DNA of 64,000 bases from the NCBI RefSeq assembly GCF_009914755.1, contig NC_060927.1, one strand, 5' to 3'. The DNA is from the human T2T-CHM13v2.0 reference genome, Homo sapiens. A model generated the notes under the pieces. The model was given only the letters and a program-made list of their open reading frames with translations, did no database searches and was not told where the DNA came from. Of this stretch, positions 13,561 through 35,696 are shown in pieces (within the stretch, counting starts at the first letter, position 1; the number at the start of each line of letters is the position of its first letter). Position numbers and translations under genes: made by a program.

Positions 13561-14464
13561 GGGGAGGAGCCAAGATGGCCGAATAGGAACAGCTCCGGTC
13601 TGCAGCTCCCAGCCTGAGCGACGCAGAAGACGGGTGATTTCTGCATTTCCATCTGAGGTACCGGGTTCATCTCACTGGGGAGTGCCAGAGAGTGGGCGCA
13701 GGTCAGTGGGTGCGCGCACCGTGCGCGAGCCGAAGCAGGGCGAGGCATTGCCTCACACGGGAAGCACAAGGGGTCAGGGAGTTCCCTTTCCTAATCAAAG
13801 AAAGGGGTGACGGACGGCACCTGGAAAATCGGGTCACTCCCACCCGAATACTGCGCTTTTCCCACGGGCTTAAAAAACGGCATACCACGAGATTATAACC
13901 CGCACCTGGCTCGGAGGGTCCTACCCCACGGAGTCTCGCTGATTGCTAGCACAGCAGTCTGAGATCAAACTGCAAGGCGGCAGCGAGGCTGGGGGAGGGG
14001 CGCCCGCCATTGCTGAGGCTTGCTTAGGTAAACAAAGCAGCGGGAAGCTCGAACTGGGTGGAGCCCACCACAGCTCAAGGAGGCCTGCCTGCCTCTGTAG
14101 GCTCCACCTCTGGGGGCAGGGCACAGACAAACAAAAAGACAGCAGTAACCTCTGCAGACTTAAATGTCCCTGTCTGACAGCTTTGAAGAGAGCAGTGGTT
14201 CTCCCAGTTCGCAGCTGGAGATCTGAGAACGGACAGACTGCCTCCTCAAGTGGGTCCCTGACCCCTGACCACTGAGCAGCCTAACTGGGAGGCACCCTCC
14301 AGCAGGGGCACACTGACACCTCACACTGCAGGGCACTCCAACAGACCTGCAGCTGAGGGTCCTGTCTGTTAGAAGGAAAACTAACAAACAGAAAGGACAT
14401 CCACACCAAAAACCCATCTGTACATCACCATCATCAAAGACCAAAAGTAGATAAAACCACAAAG
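13561..14464 (+). promoter_or_regulatory. L1 5'UTR: internal sense promoter and antisense promoter region, CpG-rich
   Basis: YY1 site AAGATGGCC at 13572-13580 and many retained CpGs. The ~900-nt length fits the class lacking the 129-bp ZNF93-binding segment. Confidence 0.85.
13921..14010 (-). pseudogene. L1 ORF0, truncated to 29 aa
   Basis: MAGAPPPASLPPCSLISDCCASNQRDSVG then a stop. A 1-nt deletion near 13925 versus the remembered CTACGCCCACGG shifts the remainder (RFLSPWEKRSIRVGVTRFSRC) into another frame. Confidence 0.75.
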
Positions 14465-15481
14465 ATGGGGAAAAAACAGAACAGAAAAACTGGAAACTCT
14501 AAAAAGCAGAGTGCCTCTCCTCCTCCAAAGGAACGCAGCTCCTCACCAGCAACGGAACAAAGCTGGACGGAGAATGACTTTGACGAGCTGAGAGAAGAAG
14601 GCTTCAGACGATCAAATTACTCTGAGCTACGGGAAGACATTCAAACCAAAGGCAAAGAAGTTGAAAACTTTGAAAAAAATTTAGAAGAATGTATAACTAG
14701 AATAATCAAAACAGAGAAGTGCTTAAAGGAGCTGATGGAGCTGAAAACCAAGGCTCGAGAACTACGTGAAGAATGCAGAAGCCTCAGGAGCCGATGCGAT
14801 CAACTGGAAGAAAGGGTATCAGCGATGGAAGATGAAATGAATGAAATGAAGTGAGAAGGAAAGTTTAGAGAAAAAAGAATAAAAAGAAACGAGCAAAGCC
14901 TCCAAGAAATATGGGACTATGTGAAAAGACCAAATCTACGTCTGATTGGTGTACCTGAAAGTGATGGGGAGAATGGAACCAAGTTGGAAAACACTCTGCA
15001 GGATATTATCCAGGAGAATTTCCCCAATCTAGCAAGGAAGGCCAACATTCAGATTCAGGAAATACAGAGAATGCCACAGAGATACTCCTCGAGAAGAGCA
15101 ACTCCAAGACACATAATTGTCAGATTCACCAAAGTTGAAATGAAGGAAAAAATGTTAAGGGCAGCCAGAGAGAAAGGTCGGGTTACCCTCAAAGGGAAGC
15201 CCATCAGACTAACAGCGGATCTCTCGGCAGAAACCCTACAAGCCAGAAGAGAGTGGGGGCCAATATTCAACATTCTTAAAGAAAAGAATTTTCAACCCAG
15301 AATTTCATATCCTGCCAAACTAAGCTTCATGAGTGAAGGAGAAATAAAATCCTTTACAGACAAGCAAATGCTGAGAGATTTTGTCACCACCAGGCCTGCC
15401 CTAAAAGAGCTCCTGAAGGAACAGCTAAACATGGAAAGGAACAACCGGTACCAGCCACTGCAAAATCATGCCAAAATGTAA
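14465..15481 (+). pseudogene. L1 ORF1p with nonsense mutation R130*
   Basis: MGKKQNRK...EMNEMK, then TGA at 14852-14854 (CGA>TGA). The frame continues to ...QNHAKM stop at 15481. Confidence 0.95.
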
Positions 15482-15529
15482 AGACCATCGAGACTAGGAA
15501 GAAACTGCATCAACTAACGAGCAAAATAA

Positions 15530-19372
<3,843 letters not shown>

Positions 19373-20577
19373 ACAATGAGATCACATGGACACAGGAAGG
19401 GGAACATCACACTCTGGGGACTGTTGTGGGGTGGCAGGGGGGGAGGGATAGCAGTGGGAGATATACGTAATGCTAGATGACAAGTTAGTGGGTGCAGCAC
19501 ACCAGCATGGCACATGTATATGTATGTAACTAACCTGCACAATGTGCACATGTACCCTAAAACTTAAAGTATAATAATAAATAAATAAATAAATAAAAAA
19601 TTACCTAAAAAAAAAGTACCAATTCATCAAGAAAACATAAAACATGATCCTAAGTGTGTATGCACCTAAATACACGACTTCTAAATACACTAAACAAAAA
19701 CCGAGAGAATTGAAAGAAGGAAAAAAATCCACAATTACAGTTGGAAATTTCAAAACTCCTCTCTCAGGAATAAATAGAACAAGAAGGCAACATCTAATAA
19801 GGAGATAGTCTTGAGCAACACTATCAATCAACTTGCCCAATGGACATTTATAGAAGACTTTACCCAACAACTGCAGTATACAGGTTTTCTTCAAGTACAC
19901 ATGAAACATTTGTCAAGAGAAGCCATATGGTAAGCCAAAATCTGAGTGTTCATAAATTTTTAAATATATACAGAATATAAACATCTATTATATATACAAA
20001 TATATAATAGGTATATAACTATAATATATATATAGAATATAGACATATAATAGATTATATATGTATCTATTTTATATATATAATAGATTATCTATATCAT
20101 AGATTCCGGGGGTAATGTGCAGATTCGTTACATGGGCATATTGCATAATGCTGGGTTTGGGCTTCTAGTGAACCTATCACTGAAATAGTGAACATAGTAT
20201 CCAGTAAGTAGTTTTTCCAACTCTTGCTCCCTCACTCCCTCTCCCCTTTTGGAGTCTCCAGTTTCTATTGCTTCTATCTTTATTTTCATGAGAACCTATT
20301 CTTTAGTTCTCACTTGTAAGTAAGAATATGCAGTATTTGATTTTCTGTTTCTGCATTAATTCACTTAGGATTATTGTCTCCAGCTCCATTCATGTTGCTG
20401 CAAAGGATGTGATTTTATTCATTTTTATGGCTATGTAGTATTCTATGGTGTACACGTATCACATTTTCTTTATCCAATACACCATTGATGGACACATAAG
20501 TTGATTCCATGCCTTTGTTATTGTGAATAGTGCTGTGATAAATATACGAGTGCAAGTGCCTTTTTTTTTCCTTTTCA

Positions 20578-20682
20578 GGTCAGATGGATAATGTGCTGAT
20601 GTCATAACAAGATTCAGAGGGTGGCACATCTCACACATGAGCATGAACACCCAATCATCATGTTCATGAACTGCAAAAGGAT
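20578..20682 (-). pseudogene. U13 snoRNA retropseudogene
   Basis: Reverse complement ATCCTTTTGCAGTTCATGAACATGATGATTGGGTGTTCA...CACATTATCCATCTGACC matches U13 (SNORD13) end to end, with box C TGATGA and box D CTGA. A-rich tail at 20561-20575; degenerate 15-bp TSD at 20551-20565 and 20684-20698. Confidence 0.92.
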
Positions 20683-21470
20683 CTGCAGGTATCTTTTTGA
20701 AAGAATCATTTCTTTTCCTTTAGGTAGATACCCAATAATGGGAATTGCTGGGTCGTATAGTAGATTGATCTATTTTTAGTTCTTTGAGAAATCTTCATAT
20801 TGTTTTCCATAGGGGTGGAACTAATTTACATTCCCACCAACAGTGTATAAGTGTTCCTTTTTCTCTGCATCCTTACTAACATCTGTTATTTTTTGACTTT
20901 TTAATAATAGCCCTTCTAACTGGTGTGAGATGGTATCTCCTTGTGGTTTTAATTTGCATTTCTCTGATGATCAGTGATGTTAACATTTTTTCCATATATT
21001 TGTTGGCTGCTTGTATGTTTTTTTAAGAAGTGTCTGTTCATGTCCTTTGCCCAATTTTAATGTTTATTTCTTGCTGACTTACTAAAATTTCTTATAGATT
21101 GTGGATATTAGACCTTCTTTGGATGCATAGTTTGCAAATATTTTCTCCCATGTTGTAGGTTGCCTGTTTACTCTGTTGGTTGTTTCTTTTGCTGGGCAGA
21201 AGCTCTTTAGTTTAATTAAATCCCATTTGTCTATTTTTGTTTTTGTTGCATTTGCTTTTAATGTCTTAGCCATAAATTCTTTGGCTAGGCCAATGTCCAG
21301 AAGAGTATTTCCTAGATTTTATTCTAGCATTTTTATAGGTTGAGGTCTTACATTTAAGTCTTTAATCCATCTTGAGTTAATTTTTGCATATGGTGAGAAG
21401 TAGGGGTACAGTTTTATTCTTCTAAATATGGCTAGGCAATTTTCCAAGAACCATTTACTGAATAGGGTGT

Positions 21471-22182
21471 TGATATAGCTTGATATTTGTCTTTGCCAAA
21501 ATATCATGTTGAAATGTAATCCTAGCCAGGCATGGTGGCTCATGCCTGTAATCTCAGCACTTTGGGAGGCCAAGGCAGGTGGATCATCTGAGGTCAGGAG
21601 TTCTAGGCTTGGCAAACATATTGAAACTCTGCCTCTACTAAAAATACAAAAAAAATTATCCAGGTGGAGTGGTGTGTGCCTGTAGTCCCAGCTACTCAGG
21701 AGGCTGAGGCAGGAGAATTGCTTGAACCTGGGAGGCAGGGGTTGCAGTGAGTCAAGATCCTGCCATTGCACTCCAGCATGGGCGAAAGAGCGAGGCTCCA
21801 TCTCAAAACAAACAAAAGAAAGAAACATAATCCCCAGGATTGGAATTGGGGCCTGGTGAGAGATGTTTGGGTCATGGGGGCGGATCCCTCATGGCTTGCT
21901 GCTGTCCTTACTATAGTGAGTTCTCAAATGATCTGGTTGTTTAAAGTGTGTGGTACCTCTTCCCTTCTCTCTTGCTCCTACTCCTACCATATGAGATGCC
22001 TGCTCCCCCTTCACCTTCCACCATGATTGTAAGCTTCCTGAGGCCACTCCAGAAGCTGAGCAGATGCTGACACCATGCTTCCTGTACAGCTTGCAGAGCT
22101 ATGAGCCAATTAAACCTTGTTTCCTTATAAATTACCCTGACTCAGGTATTTGTTTATGACAATGCAAGAACAGCCTAAGACA
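21471..22182 (+). mobile_element. MaLR solo LTR (MSTA/MSTB-like), interrupted by an Alu
   Basis: TG...CA ends, MST-type motifs, 5-bp TSD GGTGT/GATGT. Confidence 0.85.
21524..21821 (+). mobile_element. AluS
   Basis: Dimeric Alu; TSD GAAATGTAATCC/GAAACATAATCC. Confidence 0.9.
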
Positions 22183-22677
22183 GATGTTCTTTCTCCATTG
22201 TTTATTTTTGCCAACTTTATTGCAGATCAGTTGATTGTAGGTGTATGGCTTTATTTCTGAGTTATCTATTCTGTTCTATTGGTCTATGTGTCTATTTTTG
22301 TACCAGTACCATGCTGTTTGGATTACTCTAGCCTTCTAATATAGTTTGAAGTCTGGTAATGTTATGCTTCTGGCTTTATTCTTTTTGCTTAGGATTGCTT
22401 TGGCTATTTGGGTTCTTTTTGGTTCCATACAAATTTTAGACCAGTTTTTTTCTAGTTCTGTGAAAAACAACATTGGCAATTTGATAGAAATTGCTTTAAA
22501 TCTGTAATTTACTTTGGCAAGTATGGCATTTTAATGACATTGATTCTTCCACTCCATAAGCATGGAATGTTTTTCCATTTGTTTATGTTGTTTCTGATTT
22601 CTTTCAGCAGTGTTTTGTAGTTCTCCTTGTAGAGATCTTTTACCTCCTTGGTTAAATGTATTCCTAGGTATTTTGTG

Positions 22678-22712
<35 letters not shown>

Positions 22713-25700
22713 ATCTATTGTAAATGGGATTGATATCTTAATTTGTTTCTTAGTTTAAATGCTATTGGTGTATAGAAATGCTACTTGTTTTGTAGGTTGA
22801 TTTTGTATCTTAAAACCACTGAATTCATTTATCAGGTCTAGGATTCTTTTGGAGAAAATTAGGGCTTTCTAGGTATAGGATCTTGTCATCAGCAAACAGA
22901 GAAGATTTGTCTTCCTCTTTTCATATTTTGTTGCCTTTTATTTTTTTCTTTTGTCTAATTGGTCTGGCTAGGACTTCTAGTACTATGTTGAATACGAGTT
23001 GTGAGAGTAGGTAACCTTATCTTGTTGTAATTCTTAGGGGGAATGCTTTTAACTTTCACCTGTTCAGTATGATGTTGGCTGTGGGTCTGTCATATATGGC
23101 TCTTATTATTTTGAGTTATGTTCCTTCAATGCCTAGTTTGCTGAGGATTTTTATCATGAAGGGATGTTGGATTTTATTGGATGCTTTTCTTTTTTCTGGG
23201 CCCGTTGAGATCATATAGTTTTTTATTTTAATTCTGTTTATGTGGTGAGTCACATTTATTGATTTGCATATGTTGAACCATTCTTGAGTCCCATGAATAA
23301 AAAACACTTGAGTGTGATAATTTATCTTTTTGATGTGCTATTGGATTCAGTTTGCTAGTATTGTTTTGAGCATTTGTATGCCTATGTTCATCAGGGATAT
23401 GGGCCTGTAGTTTTCTTTTTTGGTTGTGTCTTTGCCAGATTTTGATATCAGGATAATATTGGTTTAATAAAATGAGTTAGGGAAGAATCCCTCCCCTTCA
23501 ATTTTTTGGAGTAGTTTCAATAAGATTGGTACCAGCTGTTCTTTGAATGTCTGGTAGAATTTGGTGGTGTATCTATTTGGTCCAGGGTTTTTTTTTGATG
23601 GTAGACTTTTTATTGCTGATTTACTTTCATAACTTGATATTGGTCTGTTCAGGATTTCAATTTATTGGTGGTTCAATCTTGGGAGGTTGTGTCTTCGGGA
23701 ATTTATTTCTATTTCCTCTAGGTTTTCTATTTTATGTGCATAGACATGTTGATAGTAGTCTTTGAGGGTTTTTGTATTTCTGTGTTATCAGTTGTAATGT
23801 CACCTTTGTCATTTCTGATTGTGCTTATTTGAATCTTCTCTTTTTCCTTCTTAGTTAATCTAGCTGGAAGTCTACTAATTTTGTTTATCCTTTCAAAGAA
23901 CCAATTTTGAAAGGTTCTTTGATCATTTGTATGGTTTTTTCATTGATAATTTGTATGTTTTTTTTTTTGTTTTTGGTCTCAAATTCATTTAGTTCGGCTC
24001 TAATCTTTCTTGTGTCTTTTCTTCTGCTAGCTTTGAATTAGGTTTATTCTTGCTTTTCTATTTCCTTTAGGTGCAACATTAGGTTGTTAATTTGGGATTA
24101 TTCTATCTTTTTAATGTAGGAATTTAGTGTTATAAACTTTCCTCTTACACTGCTTTTGCTGTATCCCAGAGGTTTTGGTATGTTGTGCCTGTCTTCTTGT
24201 TTGTTTCAATTTTTTAAATTTCTGCCTTAATTTCATTGTTTATTCAAAAGTCATTCAGGAGCAAGTTGTTTAGTTTCCATGTACTTGTGTCATTTTGAGA
24301 GTTTCTATTGGCACTGATTTCTAATTTTATTTCACTATGGTCCAAGAAAATGCTTGATATGATTTTCATATGTTTGAATTTATTGAGACTTGCCTTATGA
24401 CCAAGAATGTGGTCAATTTCAGAAACTGTTCCATATGCAGATGAGAAAAATGCATATTCTGTGGTTGTTAGGTGAAATATTCTGTGTATGTTTATTAGGT
24501 CTATTTGATCAAGAGTCTGATTAAAGTCCAGGGTTTCTTTGTTAATTTTCTGCTTTGATGATCTGTCTAGTGCTGTTAGTGGAGTGCTGAAATCCCCTAC
24601 TATTATTGTATAGCTGTGTATCTTTTTTTTTGGTAGGTCTAGTATCCTTTTTTTTTTTTTTTAAATGTTCCGGGATACATGTGCAGAACGTACGTACAGG
24701 TTTGTTACATAGGTAAATGTGTGCCATGGTGGTTTGCTGCACCTATCAACCTCGGTATTAAGCCTATTAAGCCTTGCATCCATTACCTATTTGCCCTGAT
24801 GCTCTCCCTCCCCTCGCCCAGCCAACTGGCCCTGGTGCATGTTGTTTTCCTCCCTGTGGCCATGTGTTCTCATTGTTCAGCTCCCACTTATGAGTGAGAA
24901 CATGCACCGTTTGGTTTTCTGTTCCTGTGTTAGTTTGTTGAAGATGATGGCTTCCAGTTTCATCCATGTCCCTGCAAAGAACATGATCTCATTCCTTTTT
25001 ATGGCTGCATAGTATTCCACGGTATATATATACCACATTTTTTTAATCCAGTCTATGATTAATGGGCATTTGGGTTGATTCCATGTCTTTGCTCTTGTGA
25101 ATAGTGCTGTGGTAATCATATGTATGCATGTATCTTTATAATAAAATGACTTATATTCCTTTGGGTATATACCCAGTAATGGGATTGCTGGGTCAAATGG
25201 TATTTCTGGTTAAAGATCCTTGAGGAATTACCACATTGTCTTCCACAATGGTTGAACTAATTTACATTCCCAAGAACAGTGTAAAAAGTTTCCTATTTCT
25301 CCACAGCCTCACCAGCATCTGTTGTTTCTCGACTTTTTAATAATCGCCCTTCTGACTGGCATGAGATGGTATCTCACTGTGGTTTTGATTTGCTTTTCTT
25401 TAATGATCAGTGATGTGCTTTTTTTCATATGTTTTTTGACCACATAAATGTCTTCTTTGGAGAAGTGACTGTTCATATCCTTTGCCCACTTTTTGATGGG
25501 GTTGTTTGTTTTTTTCTTGTAAATTTTTAAAGTTTCTTGTAAATTCTGGATATTACACTGTTGTCACAGAGATTGCAAAATTTTTTTCCCATTCTTTAGG
25601 TTGCCTGTTCTCTCTGATGATAGTTTCTTTTGCTGTGCAGAAGCTCTTTAGTTTAATTATATCCCGTTTGTCAATTTTAGCTTTTGTTGCAATTGTTTTT

Positions 25701-25823
25701 GGCGATTTCATTATAAAATTTTTGCCCATGCCTATGTCCTGAATGATATTGCCTAGGTTTTCTTCTATGGTTTTTATGGTTTTAGGTTTTACATTTAAGT
25801 TTTTAATCCATCTTGGGTTAATA

Positions 25824-30252
<4,429 letters not shown>

Positions 30253-31419
30253 ATCTTGGGTTAATATTAACATAAGGTGTAAGGAAAGGGTCCAGTTTCA
30301 GTTTTCTGCATATTGTTAGCCAGTTTTCCCAGCACCATTTGTTAAATAGGGAATCCTTTCCCCATTGCTTGTTTGTGTCAGGTTTGTCAAAGATCAGATG
30401 GTTGTAGATGTGTGGTCTTATTTCTGATGTCTCTATTCTTTTCCATTGGTCTGTATGTCTGTTTTGGTACCATGCTGTTTTGGTTACCATAGCCTTGTGG
30501 TATAGTTTGAAGTCAGGTAGCATGTTGCCTCCAGCTTTGTTCTTTTTGCTTAGGATTCACTTGGCTATCTAGGCTCTTTTTTGGTTCCGTATGAATTTTG
30601 AAGTAGTTTTTTCTAATTCTGTGAAGAATGCCTTTCGTATTTTGATGGGAATAGCATTGAATCTATAAATTACTTTGGTCAGTGTGGCCATTTTTGCAAT
30701 ATTGATTCTTCCTATCCCTGAGGATGGAATGTTTTTCCATTTGTTTTTGTCCTCTCTTATTTCCTTGAGCAATGGTTTGTAGATGAATTTTCTTAGGGTT
30801 TGCTTGACTGGGAAATACTTTATTTCTTCTTTGTTTTGAAGCTTAGTTTGGCAGAATATGAAATTCTTGGCTGGCATTTTTTTATTTAAGGAGGCTAAAA
30901 ACAGGCTCCTTATCTCTTCTGGCTTGTAAGATTTCTGCTGAGAAGTCTGCTGTTAGTCTGATAGGGATTTCCTTTATTCCTAATTTGCTTCTTTTCTTCA
31001 GCTGCCCTTAAGACTTTTTTCTTTTGCATTCACCTTGGAGAGTTCAATGATGATATGCCTTGGGCATGGCCATCTTGTATAGTATCGTTCAGGTTTTCTC
31101 TGAATTTCTTGTATCTGGATGCCAGCCTCTCTAGTAAGATGGAGACATTTTCCTGAATTATCACCTAAAATATGTTTTCCAAGTTGCTTGTTTTTTCTTC
31201 TCCTCTCTCAGGAATGCCAATAAGTCATAGGTTTGGTCACTTTACATAATCACATATTTCTTGAAGGCTTTGTTGATTTTTAAAAAATTATTTTTTCTTT
31301 ATTTTTGTCTGGCTGGGTTAATTGAGAAGATTTGCCCTGAAGCTCTGAAATTCTTTGTTTTGCTTGTTCTATTCTATTGTTAAAGCTTCTAACTATATTT
31401 TGAAATTCCTTTGTGAATT

Positions 31420-31599
<180 letters not shown>

Positions 31600-33899
31600 T
31601 AGTGAATTTTTCAGTTGCAGGAGTTCTACGTGGTTTTTTTCTTAATATAATTATCTCATCTTTCATACCCTGAGTAGTTTTTTTGTTTGTTTGTTTCTTT
31701 GTATTGGGTTTCAACTTGGATTTCGTTGGGTTTCCTTGCAATCCATATTTTGAATTCTTTATCTGTCATTTCAAACTTTTCAGTTTGGTTAAGATCTATT
31801 GTTAGAGAGCTGATGTGATCCTTTGGAGGTGTCAAGACACTGGCTTTTGGTACAGCTGGAGTTCTTGCACTTATTCTTTCTCTTCTGAGGGAGCTGTAAC
31901 TTCTTAATTTTGAGTTTGGATGACACTTTTTAATTTTTAATTTGTTTCCCTTTAGTGTATGAATGTGATGTATAATCATTCGGTGTTGTTTCTGGGTGCT
32001 TTCAGGGGACCGAGGCATTGTATGGGTTCCTTGGTTGTGGATAGCTTCTGTGTGGTGTTTTTCTCATATGCTGCTTTTTGTAGTGATGTATTGAATGTAT
32101 GAGTCAACAACACACCACATCTTATGGGGCTGAGGTTGCAGAGGCGTCAGGAAGTTTATCTCATTGACTAGTACTAAGCCTTTCTGGTAGCAGGTTTTTA
32201 ATTTTGGTGGTTCAGTTCAGGCTGAAGACCAGTAGGAGGCGCTTAAGAGTAAGAGCCCGCTGGCCCTCAGGTAGGCTGCTGTCTGGTGGAAACGACTATC
32301 TTGATGGAGGAAGCAGGGGGCAGAGGTGGGAAGAGAGTGTTGGGATGTGCGGAGGTCTTGGGGAAAGCAGTGGGAGTGGGGGATGTGTGCACCAGCTCCT
32401 TTTCCTGAGCTAGAAGTAATGAGACCCCCTCTGAGGGCAACCACAAAAATGGGCTCGGGGCAGGGCCTCTTCCCCCAGTCCGGTCCAGGGCAGGCAACTC
32501 CACAATTTGTCTGTCTTCCATTGTGAGAAGCCTGCCACTGTGTGTAGGCAGCGGAAGTTGGCCCTTGCCCTCTCTGTAAACCCAAGCATCTTGAGATCAC
32601 CTTCAGCAGAGTGGAGCAACCAAGAAAAGAACGAAGAACACTCTGTGAGTATACACACTGCTCCCCAGAAGGAAGATCCACTACTGTGTCCATAACAGTG
32701 TACCGGGGGTTGGGAGATGACCCCCTCTCCATGCCTGTTCCCGGGCGCTGGGTGTTGCCACGTTTAGTAGTTGGTGCTGTGCCTTCCTTTTCTTTATTCT
32801 GAGGAGGTTTCAGCGGGCTGTACTCCCCCGCCCTTATGGGTGGCCCATACCCAGGGTTAGGTCTGCATGGGTCTCACAGCTTCCCAGGAACCCACCAGTT
32901 TCCTGTGCTTGCCGGAGTTAGAGTGGAGTATATTTTTGTCCATAATGGAATTAAATTGGAAACCACAACAGAAATATGTATGGAAAATCTTCAATAATTT
33001 GAAATTAAACAACATATTTTTAAATACAAAATATGTCAAATAAGAAAACATAAAGTAAGTCAGCAAATATTTTGAACTTAATAATAATGAAAATACAACA
33101 GATCAAAATTTCAGGGATGTAGTTAAAATAGTTCTTATGGGGAAATTTATGGTTCTTATGGGAGAAGGTTTAAAAGCAATGTATGTTTACTTCTTAAGAA
33201 CTTAGAAGAAAGAAGAGCAGATTGAAGCCATAATAAACAGAAGGAAGAACGTAGAAAAGATAAAAACAGAAATCAACTAAATAGAAAAAGAACAAATAAT
33301 ATAGAAAATTAATAAAAAGCAAAGCTACTACTATGAAAAGATTAATAAGATTAATATACCTCAAGCACATAGCCTTGCTTGATTACAAAGAGAAGAAAAG
33401 ATAAAACACAAATTACTAACATTGGAACACTATTTTATTATCTACAGACATTTAAAAAATCTTAATACTTTAATGACAGTAAATTAAGTAATTTAGACAA
33501 AACTGGCAAATTTTTTGAGATACAAATTACCAAAACTAATTAGAAAACAAGAAAAAATCTAAATAGCCCAATATCTGTTAATGAAATCAAAAGTTACTAG
33601 AAAGATTTCCAAAAAGAAAATTTCAAGTCTATGTGACTTTACTCATCAATTTCATCAAATGTTTAGAGAAGAAATGAGATTGTTTTATAACAGATTCTCC
33701 AGAAAAAAGAAGAGACAGGACTTCTCAACACATATTATGATAATCTTGTTTCCAAAATCAGACGCATTATAAGAAAACCACAAACCAATATCTCTTATAA
33801 ATGTAGACATGAATTTCCTTAAAAGTACATCATTAAATAAAATCTAACAAATCTTAAAAAGAATAATATATCAAAACCAAGTGGGGCTTATCTTCATCA

Positions 33900-34247
33900 T
33901 CTTAGTCAGTACTTTGTCCATAATGAAGAGAGATTTATTTTTCATAATTCTTAAGGCTGGGAAGTCCAAGACTGGAGTGGGGTGGGGTTGGGGGGTTGGG
34001 CAGCTACATCTTGCAAGGGCCTTTGTGCTGCATCTTCCCATGGTAGAAGGTGAAGGGCAAGAGAGGGAGAAAAAGACAGGGCCAAATTCAACCTTTTATA
34101 ATAAACCTACTCCCAAGATAACAGCCTTAGTCCATTCATGAAGGCTCCACCCTCATGGCCTAATCACCTCTTAAAGGTCCCACCTCTTAACCCTGTTACA
34201 TTAGGGATTTAGTTTCCAACACATGCTTTGGGGGACAAAATCAAAAT
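33900..34247 (-). mobile_element. MaLR LTR (MSTD/MLT1A-like)
   Basis: GGCTGGGAAGTCCAAG and CCTAATCACCTCTTAAAGG motifs. Confidence 0.75.
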
Positions 34248-34418
34248 GTCCACTTTGCTTGTATTCAGAGTTGAACTGGAGTTCCTAAGCAGTGTCTTAA
34301 AACAAGAAGAAGGAGGAGAAAGAGGATAGGAAAGGGAGGAAGCGGGAGAGGGGAGAAGAAAGAGAAAGAAAAAAAGAAAGAAAGAGATGCCAAGCATACA
34401 GACTGAAAAAGAAGACTT

Positions 34419-34725
34419 GGCAGGGTGCAGTGGCTCATGCCTGTAATCCTAGAGCTTTGGGAGGCCAAGGCAGGTGGATAGCTTGAGTCCAGGAGTTCAA
34501 GACCAGTCTGGGCACCATGGCAAAACCTTATCTCTACAAAAATAAAATTAAAAAAATTAGCTGGGTGTGGTGGCACATACCTGTGATCCCAGCTACAGTG
34601 AGCCAAGATCATGCCATTGCACTCTAGCCTGAGTGACAGAATGAGATCCTGTCTCAAAAAAAAAAAGAAGAAAGAAAGAAAGAGAAAAGAAAGAAAAGAA
34701 AGAAAGAAAGGAAAGAAAGAAAGAG
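34419..34725 (+). mobile_element. AluJ with a right-arm internal deletion and (GAAA)n tail
   Basis: Alu arms; CCCAGCTAC joined directly to AGTGAGCC. Confidence 0.88.
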
Positions 34726-35658
34726 AAAAACAAGAGTTAAACTATCTTTATTGGCAAATGGAGAGAATCCTAAGTAATCCTTTGAAAATACAAAAGCTAA
34801 TGAATAAAGTTAGCAAGGTTGCAGGATACATGATCAATAGAAAAACCAATTGTGTTTCCATACAAAACAATTTAAAATAAAATTTTAAAATTAAAGCATT
34901 TTAAATTAGAGAAAATTTATTTACAACAATATTTTCAAAGCATAAAATCCTTAGGGATAAATGTAATGCAATATGTGCACACCTCTATACTGAAAACTAT
35001 AAAATATTCCTGAGAGAAATTTTAAAAGACTTAAGTGAATGGCATGGTATACCATGCTCATTATTTGAAAGGCTAAATGTTGTTAAAATATTAATTCTCC
35101 TCAAATTAATCTATAGAATCAATTTAATCCCAATCAAAATCCCAGAATGCTTTTTTGCATAAATTAATAAGCTGAATTTAAAATGTATACAGAAATGCAA
35201 AGAACCTTAAATAACCAAAACAGTTTTATAAGAGAAGATAAACTTTGGAAGGCAGATACTACCTTATTTTAAAACTTATTAAAAGCTATGATAATCAAAA
35301 CAGTGTGGTATTAGGGAAAGACAGACAAATAGTTTCATGGAATAGAACAGAGAGTACAGAAATAGACCCACATGTATATGGTGAGTTGATATTTTACCAA
35401 AGTGCCAAAGAAATCTAATGAAGAAAGACATTCTTTTAAACATGTGGTGCTGCAAAAACTGGCTCCCTATAGATAATAAAATAAGCTTTAATCCATAGCT
35501 TACATCATACTATAGTACTAACTTGAGATAGGTTATAAACATAAAAGCTAAAACTATGAAACTTTTAGTAGAATATATTTGTGATCCTAGTGTAAGCACA
35601 ACTTTCTTAGAAAAAGCCATTAAGAAAAATGAATAGTCAAACTAAACTGGGAGAAAAT

Positions 35659-35659
<1 letters not shown>

Positions 35660-35696
<37 letters not shown>

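Noticed and set aside
19614-25823. Already-inverted spacer in this haplotype
   Set aside because: Both TSD pairs are direct and the host elements are collinear.
32217-32732. 171-aa ORF in a GC-rich region
   Set aside because: Lies in an old L1 5'UTR remnant and has no recognisable domain.
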